Below are positions 24,697 to 36,996 of a DNA stretch of 64,000 nt, in pieces. Made by a program: the position numbers and the translations under genes. Each line of letters opens with the position of its first letter. The stretch's first letter is position 1. Source of the stretch: Cyanophora paradoxa CCMP329. Taxonomy: Eukaryota; Plantae; Glaucophyta. The stretch covers positions 124,001 to 188,000 of the forward strand of contig QPMI01000170.1 in the NCBI GenBank assembly GCA_004431415.1. Direction: 5' to 3'. The notes below the pieces were generated by a model, which made no database searches, had not been told where the DNA came from, and saw only the letters and a program-made list of their open reading frames with translations.

Positions 24697-27196
24697 GGGC
24701 ACGGTGGCGAGGGAGGAGGCGGCGGCGCCGAAGTCCCAGGAGTAGGCGCTGGCGCCGGCGAGGATGGCGTGGTGGCCGGCCGGCTGGTAGAGGAGGATGG
24801 AGCCGTCCTCGGCGGTCGGCACGGGGACCCCCTCCCAGCACTTCGAGTCCACGCCCCGCGGGAAGCCCCCGAAGGCCGGCCGGATCTCCACCGGCGCCAC
24901 CTCCTTCACCGCCACCCGCTGCCACCCGCCAACCCTCAGCGCCCTGCCCCGCCGCCGGGGCGGGGAGCGGCGGGGGGCGTGGGGGCACGTTGGAGCCGTA
25001 GTGGACGGCGGTGTAGCCGTAGGTCCGCGACTGCACGACGATGTCGCCCTCGCCAGACTGTGCGCGCCCGGCGCCGGCCGTCGGCGGGGGCGGGGGCGGG
25101 CAGGGCGGGGCCCCGCGAACCCTGACGTTCTTGGCGATGAAGATGACCTGCGTGGCCGACTGCGAGAGGATCTCCTTCTGCTCGATGATCTGGCCGCCCT
25201 GCGCGCCCGGGGCTCAGCGCGGCGGCCCCTGGGGGGGGGAGGGGGGGGGGCGGGGGGGGGCACCTGGACGACGAAGACCTTGGTGATGTCGCCGGCCTCG
25301 CCGGTGCCGAGGTTCTCGCCGGTGACGTCCACCTCGTACCCGTCCTTGATGGAGACCCGCCCGTTCTCGAACTTGACGTCCCCGTGGTTGAACTTGACCT
25401 GCGCGCCCAGCCCGTCGGCCGCGCCTCCCCTGCCCAGCACGCCCCCCGCCGCTCCCCCGCACCTGGAGGCCCGTGATGCGGCCCTGGACGACGACGCGGC
25501 GGATGCGGCCCGAGTCCGCCACGTACAGGATGCCCGAGCGCCGGTACAGGCCCTGGCGCGCCTCGGTCGGGGCGCGGGGCGGGCGGGGGCGGGGGCTGGG
25601 GCGGGGGCGGGGCGCACGAGGCCGCGGGGACTGTCGAAGCGTGCGTGGCCGCCGTTGGCGTTGGTGTGCCCGGCGTCGCTGTCGTGGCCCGCCACCAGCT
25701 TGAACTCGGTCGGCTCTGCCCCCCCGCCCCGCCTCGCACACAGAGCCGGCAGGCGGCCCCCGGGGCGGGGCGGGGCGGGGAGGGGCGGGGCCGCGCACTG
25801 CGGTCGAAGTAGTCGAAGTTGCCGCGGTAGATGGCGTGCTTGGTGGCGACGAAGATGGAGCCCGAGTAGGCGTCCACCTCCACCCCCGTCGGCTCCTGCA
25901 GCTTGTTCTCGAAGACCCCCTTCTCCCCCACCAGCAGCCGCACGCCTGCCGCCCCCTCAGCGCCCTCCGCGAGGGGCAGCGACGAGGCTGGGGGAGAGCG
26001 GACTGCCGCCTGCGGCGACGTCGAAGACGCGCCCGCCCTTGGTGTCAGTGGCGTACAGGTCGTTGCTGCGCGGCTTCAGCGTGCCCCCGGCCGGCCCTGC
26101 AGCGCGGCGACGGCTCGCCTGAAATAGTTGAAGGCGATACTGCCGATCTTCCCCTCGATCGGCAGGGTTGCGAAGGTCGAGATCGAGCCTGCCCCACCGC
26201 GACAGGGCCCCGTCGAGTCAGAGAGGCGCCCGAGCGAGAGAGAGTGACGCACCGCCGGAGTTGATCGTCTTAATGACGTTGCCGTCGACGACAAACAGGC
26301 GCTGCGCAGGGGGAAGGCGGGTAGCGGGGTCAGAAGCGGCCGCCTCGCGAGCTCCTTCCCGCTTCCTTAGCGGCAGGGCGGGAAGGCGCCGCGCACGTTG
26401 GCGATGATGTCATACTCGATGTCGCCCATGTCCGCAAGCTCGTACTTCTTGTTCGACGGCTGCGCGCCCGTCCATCGGCCCCGGCCACGCCGCCAGCGGC
26501 CGCCGGGGCGCGCGCACCGGGCTCTGCCCCGTCGTGTCGATGGTCGTGATCGAGCTGTCGCCAAAGTTCGCGACGTAGAGCTTGCGCGTCTCCTGGTCGT
26601 AGCAGACGCCGCCGGGCCTGCGGTGGAGCGCTCGGTTGCCGCGCCCCATCCCGAGAGGCGGGCCGCGGACCTGTTGAGGAAGCCGTTCAGATTCTCCATG
26701 CGGAACTCCTCGCCTTTTTGAAAGAAGGCGCGGCGTCAGAGAGACCAGCGCCGACGGCCGTTTCGGATTCACGCACCGGTGTTGGCGTTGATCTTGTAGA
26801 CATTGTTCTCGTTGGGGTTCACAGCATAGATATAGCCATTAGGCTGCGCCGCCGCGAGGCCGGTCAGCATATCGAAGCTAGGAAGCGGCCCGCGCGTAGC
26901 TCGGAGCCTAGGGTTGAGCCGCGCCCAGCCCACAGTGAAGGCTGCGGTGCCGCTGAAGCGCAGACACCGCAAAGGAAACTCACCGCATCGACGTCCAGCC
27001 CGATTGCGTCGAAATTCGTCTCGTCTGTGACCTCGCCACTACGGCCCGCCCGTTAGAGACTGCGACCGAAGCACGCGGGCCGGACGGCCCGCCCACGAAA
27101 GCAGACGTACATAGGAAGCTCAGCGGCGACGGCGGCGATGCAGGCGGCCACCAAAAGGCCCGCGAGAAATGCAACCGCCGAGCGGGGGCGGGCCAT
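23028..27196 (-). CDS. Secreted NHL/beta-propeller ectodomain fused to a TRP(Flc/Pkd2)-like multi-TM domain
   Basis: Signal peptide MARPRSAVAFLAGLLVAACIAAVAA; propeller-like blades (PGGVCYDQETRKLYVAN, PTGVEVDAYSGSIFVA, ILYVADSGRIRRV); C-terminal HFAQFIA...FKKYK...ELLKKLVQGIILGF...LYLVAVRPYADPIN. Confidence 0.65.
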
Positions 27197-27560
27197 AATG
27201 AACCCGCCAAGCGATCGGCAGCTATCAGATGTAGAAAACGTGCAGCTGGCTTGAGCCGCGAACTGTAACCTCCGTCCGCAGGGGTACGGGAAGCAAACAC
27301 TAGCCCCCAACAGCATGCATTTCAGACACGACCAACGACATCTGGACTAGCCCTAGTAGCTGTTTGGCTAGCAGTGGGCCGCCGGTCGAATCGTAAGGGC
27401 TCAGACAGATAGCATGCAGCGAGGCATATGCATGCCGTTGCTTGATCCTGCTTTAGGCTCACTGTAGCGCTGTTTTCCGGCGTGGTCGGCGTATAGTCGG
27501 ATCGCGCAGGGCCCTGCAGCTGTCCGTTCTACGGGCGTGAAGGGGTACTGTAATCGTGAA

Positions 27561-27715
27561 TCGTCCAAACTTTCGTCCAACTTTCGTCCAACTTAAGCTT
27601 CCGTCCAAGTACTAGTGCCAGTCGACGTCGTAATCCGATGATCAAACCTCAACTTTCGTCCAACTTTCGTCCAACTTTCGTCCATCAAACCTCAACTTTC
27701 GTCCAACTTTCGTCC
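27561..27715 (+). repeat. 11-bp tandem repeat AACTTTCGTCC (7 full copies in two clusters)
   Basis: Read directly: 2 copies at 27568-27589; 3+2 copies at 27651-27715, each group preceded by ATCAAACCTC. Confidence 0.9.
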
Positions 27716-27718
27716 AGT

Positions 27719-30700
27719 ATGAGTGCCGATCGACGAGTGCCGGAGCTACCTGGGCGAGCAGGCGCGCCGCCTCGGCAAGGGGGCCACATCCGTGTAGGCA
27801 ACGTGGTCGTCTCACTGCCCAGCGACCAGGCGCAGGTCGTTAAGCTCCTCGCTGAGTTGGTGTGCCTTTCTACCCAAGGGCTACTACCAGTACCTTAGTG
27901 ACCTCTAGCTAGTGATCTTGAGATGCCTAAGAGATAGCTCCTAAGCCTCATGTGTTCTTGCGCCACGTTTAGCTGACGCCCCGCTGTCCGCCCCGGCGCC
28001 GCAGTCCGACAAGCAGCGGAAAGGGCTCATCACCCCGGACTCGCGGGCGGCGTCGGCGATCAGCGGGCCGCGCCGCTCGCGCCCGCCGTCGCAACGGGAG
28101 GCCCGCAGCCCGTCCCCCGAAAGCCGGGCGCGCACGCCGCTGCTGGGGGCCCTCGCGTCGGACGAGCCGCACTTCTCGTACCTTGTCTCGGCGCCGACGA
28201 GCGAGAAGGCGGGCACGCAGCGCCTGGAGGACTACGTGGCGGAGATCCGCGCCCGCCGCTCCCTCCTGCACCTCGACGAGGCCGAGGACGAGGAGGGGCG
28301 GCGCGCGCCCAGCAGGGGCGCGCTGGGGCTGGCGACGCCGCCGGCGCAGGCGGCGCGGCTGCCTTTCCCCAAGGTGGACGCCTCCAAGTTCAAGTGGAGC
28401 GCGGCGGTCGCCGTGCATCGCGCCCAAGTCGGCACCTGGCAGTACATCTCGAAGCGCCCCGTGCGCCCCGCTGCCCGCCCGCCGCCGCCGCCCCTGCCGC
28501 GGCGCTGATGGCGGGGCGGCAGGGGGAGATCTCGGTGAAGTTCGACTTCGGGCACCGGCTGCTCTCCTGGCGGCTGCGGGGCCAGACGGCAATCTTCCGC
28601 TGCGACGTGCCCTTCGGGGCCCTCGCCGGCCTCCACCTCGTCCCCGTCCCCGGCGCCGAGTCCTACGCCATGCTCACCCTCGAGGTGCCCCGCCCCGGAC
28701 CCCGCCCCGCCCCCGCCCCCGCCCCCCTGAGCCCCCGCCCGCAGCTCGCGCACCCGTGCCGCTTCTACCGCGCCGCGAACCGCCCGCCGGCAGCGGGGCA
28801 GGCGGGGGCGGGGGCGCTGGGGCCGGGCAGGGGGCGCGGGCGGGGGCGGGCGGGGGCGGGTGGGAGGAGTGCGCGGACTTCACGTCCGGGAGGCGTCGCG
28901 GGTGGCGGAGCACTTCCTGCTCGTCGCCCTCGACGAGGCCCGCCCCTTCGTCGACGAGGCCCTCCGCGCCGACGAGGCCCTCCGCTACCGCCTCGCCGCC
29001 GCCCGCCGCGACGGCCGCGCCCCGCCCGCCTCCCGGGGCCCCTCGTCTCCCTCCCGGCCCCCGGCCCCTGAGCCGCCACACGCTCGACGCCGTCGCCGCC
29101 ATCAACGACGCCATCGACGCCGGCATCGCCGCCGCCGCCCCCTCGCCCTCCCCCGCGCCGCCTCCGCCCCGCCCGACTCTCCTCCGCCCACCGCCCCGCC
29201 CCGACGCCCTCCCCGCCCCCTCCTCGACGAGCGCCGGGCCGCGCGAGTGGGGCGTGCCGCGGGTGGTGGGCCCGCTGCCGGCACCCCCGCTGGAGGAGGC
29301 GCCGCTCTCGGGGCCGGCGCGGCGGCTCGCGCAGCAGCAGCGGGAGCGGCAGGAGCAGCGGGAGGCGGCGGGGGAGGGGTACAGCTCGTGGTGGTCGAGG
29401 GTGGGGCGCGCGGGGCCGCAGGCGAGCTACTGGCAGGCGCCGCTCGCCTTCGAGCCGAGGACGACCCGCCGCCGCCGCGCCCCGACGGGACGCCGCCCGT
29501 CGGGGCGGCGGCTACGCCGGCGCCGCCTCCACCGGCGTCCTCCGCCGCATGAACAGGCGAGCGCCGCCCGTCGCCCCCCTCGCCCCCCGCCCCCTCGACC
29601 CCGCCCGCAGCATCATCCGCAAGTCGGGGGCGATGTCGCGGCGGGCGGCGACGAACCTGCGGCTGCACCAGAGCGCGCGGGCGCCGCTGCGGGACGGGCC
29701 GGAGGAGCAGGGGCCGCCGCCGGGGCCGGCGGGCCTCCTGCTGGCGACGGGCTCGCCGGGGCGGGGCGCCCTCATCGGCTTCGGGCTGCTCGCCCCGCGC
29801 ACGCCGCCTCCGCGCGGCCGCCCCCGGCAGGCGACCGCGGCGCCGAGGAGGAGGAGGAGGAGGAGGAGGAGGCGCGGCCGGCGACGGACGGCTCTGCCCT
29901 CGCCGGCTGGCAGATGCGCTCCATCACCGACGGCGGGGCCTCCACGGGTCCGCCCCGAGAGGCGAGGAATGAGGGGGAGAGCGAGGAGGAGGCTGGGGGT
30001 GCGGGGGCGCTACCGGCGGGGGCGGAGGTGGCGGCGTGGGGCGAGGGCGGCGAGGAGGAGTCGCCGCTGGCGATCGCGGCGCAGCAGGCCGCCGCCGCCG
30101 CCGACCGCCGCTCCCCGTCCCGCGCCGGCTCCGCAGCTGCCAGCGCCCACCGCAGCCTCCCGTCCCGCGGCAGCGCCGGCAGCGCCCGCCCGCCCCCGGC
30201 GCCGCCGCCCGCCGCACGCCGCCGGCCCTCCCGTGCGCCCCCCTCGGGGCCCGCCCTGCCGGCCGCCCGCCCGGCGTCGGGCTCCGGCATTGCCGGCCTG
30301 CCGCTCGCCATCGCGGGTCTCCCGCAGGGGCGGTCGCGGGGGAGGAGCCTTTTCCGCCGGGGCCGGGCGGGGCGGAGAGCGCCCGCTCCTCCCTCGCCAG
30401 CGGCGGCAGCACCGCGCGCCCCGCCCCGCCGCCCCTCCCCGCCCCCTCTCCGGGCGACGCAACGGAGGATGCGGGCGGCGAGGCGCCCGGCGGCGACGCA
30501 CCCGCAGCCGGCCGCGAGGAGCGCCAGGCGCAGCCCGAGGAAGCAAGGGAAGGAGGAGAGCAGAAGGATGCGGAGGTGGAGGCAGGGGCGGCGCCTGAGG
30601 CGGCGGATGCGGGCCCGGGTGGAATCGAGGAGGGCACGGCAGAACCCGAGACGGAGGCGGCAGCGACAGAGGCGGAGGCCGGGGAGGAGGCGGCGGCAGA

Positions 30701-33466
30701 GGAGGAGGGGGCCGGCGAGGCGGAGGGCGCGGAGCCGGAGGGCGCAGGCAGAGAAGAGCCCGCGGAGGGCGCGGAGCCGGAGCCCCCCGCGCAGGAGGAG
30801 GAGCCGCTCGAGGAGGCGGCGGAAGCAGCGACGGCAGCGGCCGCAGAGGCGGCGGCCGCGGAGGCTGGCACTGCGCAGGCGGCGGGCCCCGCGGACCCCG
30901 AGGCTGGCATCCAGGATGCCCCGGGGCCTGCAGCCGCCGAGCCAGCTGTCGCGGAGGCCCCGGGGCCGGCCGCAGAGGATGCGATGGCGGCGCTGCAGGA
31001 GCCGGAAAAGGCCGTGGAGGAGGCCGCGGAGGGGGCGGGGGAGGCCCCGCCGGCGGAGCCCGACTCGGCGAAGAGAAGCGAGGGGCGAGCAGCGTCCGAG
31101 TCGCAGCTCCCCTCGCAAGCCGCCGCCCGCTCGCGGCCCGTGTCGGCGGCAGAGCGCGCGGCTGCGCTGGCGGCGGCTGCGGCTGCGGGGGCCGGGGCGG
31201 GGCGGGGCGGGGCACGCGGAGGGCCTGGAGGGGCGCTGGCGGCGGCGGCGACGGCGGCGGGCGAGGCGCCCTTCGCCCCCTCCGCCTTCCTCGGCGGCCG
31301 CTTCGCCCTCGACGAGCGCGCGCCCGGCGGGGCGGCGAGCCCGCCCCTGCCGAGGAGGCGGCGCCGGTGGCGGGCCGGCCGGCGGCGGCGGCCGCGGGCC
31401 GGCCGGCGGCGGCGCGGGCTGTGAAGGACGGGGAGCGGGCGGAGGTGGCGGCGGCGGCACGGCAGGCGCGGCAGGCGGCGGCCGACCTACGGCGCTGGCT
31501 GGGGACGCCCCCCGCCGAGCGCCGCCTCCGGCGCCTCAAGGAGCGGCAGGCCCAGTGCGCCCCCGCCCCACCGAGACCGACCCCGCGCCCGCGCCCCTCC
31601 CGACGCCGGCCCGCGCAGGCGCGAGGCGACGGGCCCGCGTTCGCCGTCGCCGGCGCCGGGCTCGCCCCGAGGGAGGGGAGACGTCAGTGGGGCCCTCGCG
31701 GCGCGCCTGCAGCGGGCGCGGGGCGGCCCGGCGGGGGCCGGGGCTCCCCGAGCCCCTGCCCTCCCTGCACGTCTCCGCCGCCGTCCACTACGCTCACGCC
31801 GAGGGCCTTCAGGAGGCGCGCGGGCCCCGCGCCTCCCCCCTGCCGGCCTGGGGCCGGGGCGCTGAGGCGGGGCGGGGGCAGGAGGCGGTGCACGGGACGT
31901 ACGCGGCGGCGGTGGCGGAGGCGGTGGCGGAGGGGCGGATCGAGCCCGGCGAGGCCATCGCGCTCCTCGACGACTTCCTCGCCAAGCGCGCCGAAGCCCT
32001 CGCCGCCGGCCGCGCCGGCATCGCCCCGCCCGCCGCGCCCCGGCCGCAGCGCCTCGCCCCGACGACCGCGCGTACGAGTGCGCGCCGCCCGACCCGCCGC
32101 GCTCCGGCCCCCCCGACGAGCTGCGCGCAGGCCGAACCAGCTGGAGTACGCGCCGATCGATGTGCGCGGGGTGGACATGCACGGCAAGGCCACGCGGCGC
32201 ATCCGCCGGCGGCGGCGGACGAGCGCCGAGGGGACGCCCGTGCAGGGGGCGGCCACGCCGGATCTCTCCCGGTCGCCGACGTTCCTGGCGGACGGGGCGC
32301 CGCCCCAGTGGCCCTCGCCCTTCGCGGCGCGCGGGGCCCTCCTCCCGAACATCGCGGGGCGCACCTCGGGCCCCACCACGCCGCCTTCGCCCCGCCCTCC
32401 CCTCGCCGGCCCCGGCCCCGGCGGCCGGCCCGCGGGAGGCGGTGCCGGCGGTGCCGGCGGAGGCGCAGCGGCCGCGGGAGGAGGTGCAGCGGGAGCGGGA
32501 CATGCTGCGGTGCGCGCGCGCCCCCCGGACCGCCGCCTGGTCCCCGGCGCGATCGCGAGCTGACGTGCGCGCTGGCAGGCGGCGGAAGCTGACGGTGCCC
32601 GGGGCCCGCAAGATCGTGAGCGAGCCCAAGGGGAAGCCCTCGATCCTGCCCCAGTACGGCGTCGACTGGCTCGAGCGGCGCGGGCCGGCCGCCCCGGCCC
32701 GCGCGGGGGCGCCCGGCGCAGGCGCCCCCGACTCGGAGGCGGAGGAGCAGGCAGTCGAACAAGCTGCGGGGGCGGAGGCGGACGAGCGGGGCGGGGCGGG
32801 CGGCCCCTGCGCGTCGACGGGCGGGCACCTGCGCCGGCGGCCCTCCCGCCACGCACCTCCTCTCCGCGAAGCCGCTGCTGGGCCCGCGGCCCCTCGCCGC
32901 CCTCGCGCTGGCGGCGCCCTCGCCGGACGCGCGCGCCGGCTCACCGCCGCGCCCGCGGGCCGGCCTCCCCTTCGTCGACGGAGTCTCCCTGGGCCCGGAC
33001 GGCCTGCCCCGCTCGCCTTCGCCGCTCGCGCCCGGCCCGGCCTCGCCCTCGTCGGCGGCCGCCGGGGAGGCCCCGAGGGGGAGGCGGCCTCGGTGGCGCC
33101 CGACGCGGAGGCGCTTCTCGCCGCCCGCCGCTCCGCCACGCCGGCCTCCCCGGCGCGCCCCGGCCCCGCCTCCGCCAGCGCTCCCGCGGCTCCTCCCGCC
33201 CCGCCACCTCCGACCGCCCCGCCGCGCTCCCGCCGTCCTGGAGCGCGCGGGGGCGCTCGCGCCCAGACACGACGGAGGCGGCGGCGCTCGCCGCGCAGGC
33301 CCTCGACAGCGTCGCGAGCGCCGTCTCGCTCGCCGTCGACGGCTTCGACGGGCTTGCCTCGGTCGCCGCCCTCGCCGAGCCCCGCCCCATCTCCGTCGGC
33401 GTGCGCCCGAATTCCGCCACGCAACCCCCACCAGCGCGCGCACGTGGCGCCCTATGTAAACGCTGA
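27719..33466 (+). CDS. Large low-complexity protein with a TRF2/HOY1-type PH-like domain (ends approximate)
   Basis: QVGTWQYISK..GEISVKFDFGHRLLSW...LTLELAHPCRFYR...WEECADFTSG.ASRVAEHFL resembles the plant motif IGSWE...LVAKCYFAK.KLVWE...WQATSDFT.GQAS..RRHFL; long Ala/Glu/Pro-rich remainder. Confidence 0.55.
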
Positions 33467-33673
33467 CTGCGCCTCGTTTTTGCGCAGTCTGTCAAGCCTT
33501 GGGCCGACGACCCCGACCACCACGTATAGCTATCAGCTAGCGCTGCCAGGCTGTTGTCTCGGCATTTTCGGCTGTCACAGTGTTGTCTCTAGTTATTGCG
33601 CACGAACACTGGCGTGCGGAACCGGGGTTCGGATCCGGTGGAGGTCTTTTCACGTGAGGTCTGTTACGGTAGC

Positions 33674-34195
33674 CAGTGATGGCATTAATAATACTCCCCA
33701 AAACGCCGACCTTAACATTAATAGTTAAGGTCTTTATTATAATATTAATAACATTATAGTGTATTATAATAATGCTCCATACAAATCCCGCCCCGGCAGC
33801 CCCGTCCTGCTTCTTCTTCGTACATTCAGCACTCTTAAATGAAGCAGATAAGCAAGATTCAACCGTTTGAACTGTGCAGCTACGTGTTTAGAACAGGCTT
33901 GTGCCTTCTTTAAGAGATGGTGAGAGGGGTATGGTACCTGAGGTGTGTTCCATGGAGCTGTCAGGATGTCCGAGCGCTCGCAGAGCATTCAGACACATCT
34001 TAAACATCGTTTTAAAGCGTTGAGTTGCGTCGTGGTGCGCTCCTGGGCAAAAGAAAGCGCACTAATAGGGGGTACCCCCGTATATTAATATTGTATTGTT
34101 AAGGTCCCCGATTCGGGGGAACCTTATAATAATACTATTATAATGCATTATAATAATGTTTATTACTGGATATTAATATTAAACGGCCATCACTG
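33674..34195. mobile_element. hAT-type non-autonomous DNA transposon (MITE), 522 bp
   Basis: TIR CAGTGATGGC...GCCATCACTG; perfect 8-bp TSD ACGGTAGC at 33666-33673 and 34196-34203; AT-rich subtermini. Confidence 0.92.
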
Positions 34196-34684
34196 ACGGT
34201 AGCGCGGCTCCGGCCGCGGATCCCAAGTCGCTCTGGCTCTTGGCATTCTCAGTCCGTAGAAGATTTCTGCAGCTCTTGTGGCACTGTTAGTTTGTCGGTT
34301 AGCGTCTCTACAGGACAGTCATCCTCGTGGGCCCAGGCGCCCATTAAAAGCGATAGTGAAGCGAAGGAGAAGTCTCGGAGGCCTGCGGCGTGCCGTGTGC
34401 GCTTCGCCCCGGTTTAGCGTGTCACGGCTTCCGGAGCAAGATGATCGCAAGCACCGGGCGCTCGGGCTCGAATAATGTTGTGAGGGACTTTGCGAGCTTC
34501 CAGGTGCGCTGCTAGGGCGCCGATCGTGTCATGGGTGGTTCCGGAGCCTACGGTCGATCTGCGGCGTGGCCTGCGCCCGATCTCGCACGAAACGTCTCTA
34601 ATGTACATGTACTGCGGCACAGGAGCAAATCGTGAAGGTCCGAACGCTTTCCCGCGAGCCTCGCGTCGCCGCTACTAGCTCTAC

Positions 34685-35517
34685 ATGGCCGCCACTAGCA
34701 ACAGGAACAGCGACTGCGCACGCGCAGTCGTCTAAATGACATCTTTTAGGAATATCGGCAGCGAGCTTCGTGGTCAATGAAGTACGGGGAGGAACTCGAG
34801 AGGAAGAGGATCGCCCGCAACGGCGCCGACGAGTCTCGTGACGTAGCTAGTGACTACTTCTTCCTGCTGGTGAGCGAGACGCTTTCACCCTCGCACGACT
34901 TGCCCCCGACGCGGCCCGCGCAGCTCCAGAAGAACGCGGAGCAGTTCGGCCACGCGCCTCCGGCGCTGCAGGAGCGCCTAGGGCTGCGGAACGGGCCCTC
35001 CGCCCCGACTTCCAAGGACCAGCTCCCTTGGGGCGACCACGCCCTCCCCTCGGCACCGCCGGAGCCCCGCGTGCCCCACAGGAACGGACTGCACCCCAGC
35101 AGCAGCAGGCGCGGGCAGGAAGCGCACCGGGCGGAAGCGCCGGCGATGACGACGCCGCCGGCCTCGCACGGGGTGCGCCCCGAGGGCGCGTTCCTCGCGG
35201 CCCAGGCCAAGGCCTCCGTCTCGCCGCAGAAGGCCGCCGCCTCGCCGGGGAAGGCGCCTGCAATCGGCACGCCCACGAGGCCGCCCGTACTCCCCGCCCT
35301 CGCCGTCGCCGGCAGGGGCGGTATGAGCCCGGCCAGCAAGTCCCCGCGCGCCCCGGCGCCCTCGGGCGCGGGGGCGGGGCCGTCGCCGCTGCGCCCCGGG
35401 GAAGGCTCGCCGCGGAGGGCACTGCTCGCCGGCGGGGGCGAGAGCAAGTCGTTCTCCTCCCCGCGGCCCCGCGTGCTCCCTGCCAAGGCCCTCCGCTCCT
35501 CCAGCGCCCGGCATTAG
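34685..35517 (+). CDS. Hypothetical low-complexity (Pro/Ala/Ser-rich) protein
   Basis: ORF 34777-35517 with GC3-rich codons, a likely intron near 34843-34923 and an AT-rich 3' flank; start uncertain. Confidence 0.45.
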
Positions 35518-35731
35518 CGCCCCAGCTATAGGTCTCCGGCCCCCCGCATCGCCGCACCCTATCGAGGGCCCTCTCGGCCCTTCATTTATTCACGTAATTA
35601 ATGTATTCGCGCCAGCTGCAGCTCTCCGTCGTGTAATTATTTTTCGCGTTTGATTTTGCCGCTGTATCGTTGCTTTGAAATAGCTGCAATGGGCTAGCAT
35701 TGCGCGCTGCTTCGCGCGAGGGCGGGGCGGG

Positions 35732-36996
35732 TCAGGAGGAGGAGGCGGCGGCGAGGAAGCGCTTGACGACGGGGAGCTGGGGCAGGCCGGTGTCGGGGGC
35801 CCCAGCGGCCTTGGCGGCCGGCGAGGAGTACGTCTCGAGGAGCTGCCTGCGGACCCACTCCTCGACGTCGGCGTTCTCGCGCACCTCGGCGCTCTCCTTG
35901 GACTTGCCCCGCAGCGCCGCCGCCACGGCCACGGTCGCCATCAGGCAGCCGTACAGGCACCGCAGCGACATCGTCCCCGCGAGCCGCATCGAGTGGATGT
36001 AGTACTTGCGCGCCATCTTGAAGTTCTCCAGCCCGCCGATGGTGAAGAGGACCTGCGCGCGCGACGCTCAGCGCCCCGCCCTGCCTCGCCCCGCCGCCTC
36101 GCTGCCACGGCGCTCGCCTCTGCGTATTTGAGGTGGAACGTCGAGTTCTGCGGCGCCGAGAGGATGAGCTCCTCGAAGCAGAACTGGGCGCTCGTGAACC
36201 TGTTCGCGCTTTTCGTTACTGGCGGGGTCCGCGGCGAGCGGCCGGCATGCGGCGCACTGGTGCAGCGAGATGTACAGGTCAGCAAGCTCGGACCATGCGT
36301 CCGCGTCCGCCTGGTACACCTTGAGGTAGGCGTTTAAAGCGTCCACAGCGGCGCCCCACTGCCCCTGCGCCTTGTGGATCGCTACTCTCCGCTTCAGGAC
36401 GATCTGCACCCTCGATGTGAACCGCAAGCTTCGGTGCTTCCTGAGAGCCGCGCACGGGGTTCGCAGCGTCCTCGCTCAACAGCTGCGTGTACAGAACAAT
36501 GGCCGCGTCGTAGTCGCCTTGCGCCTCCAGGATCATGCCCTCCAGCCTCCTCACGCGGAAGCTGGACGGGTATTTCGATCGTAGCGCCTTGAAGCATTCC
36601 TGCGGGGGGCCGGCGAAGAGGGGCATGAGCGCGGGACGGGACGGGATGCGTGGCGGCGCACATTCGCGCAGTCCAGGTCGCCGGCGTCTAGAGCCGCAAT
36701 GAGCGTCTGTTCGTATACGTCCCAGGCTGCGCGAGGCGGGCAGCCGCGCGGCGTGAGCGCAGCGAGGTCGGCTCGATGCGCAGGCCTCGCGACCAGCGAA
36801 GCTACGAACCTTCGCTGCCGAGCTTGCCGCGCTGCTTCAGCGCCCGTCGACCGCATGGCAGCGCCTCAGCCTTCCGTGCTTTGGTCTCACGAAGCAAGGA
36901 CAGGATCCTTCGCACGAGCCCAAAGTCCGCCGATGCAAAGCTGCATTGCCTCAGCGTGTCCAGCGCCTGGAGGAGCGCTGGATAACTCGACGCCAT
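35732..36996 (-). CDS. EMC2: ER membrane protein complex subunit 2 (TPR)
   Basis: WDVYEQTLIAALD, SFRVRRLEGMILEAQG, LNAYLKVYQADADAWSELADLY, AQFCFEELILSAPQN..HLKYAEVLFTIGG..ARKYY. Confidence 0.92.

Noticed and set aside
27561-27715. CRISPR-like array
   Set aside because: 11-bp head-to-tail units, no unique spacers, no cas genes, eukaryotic context
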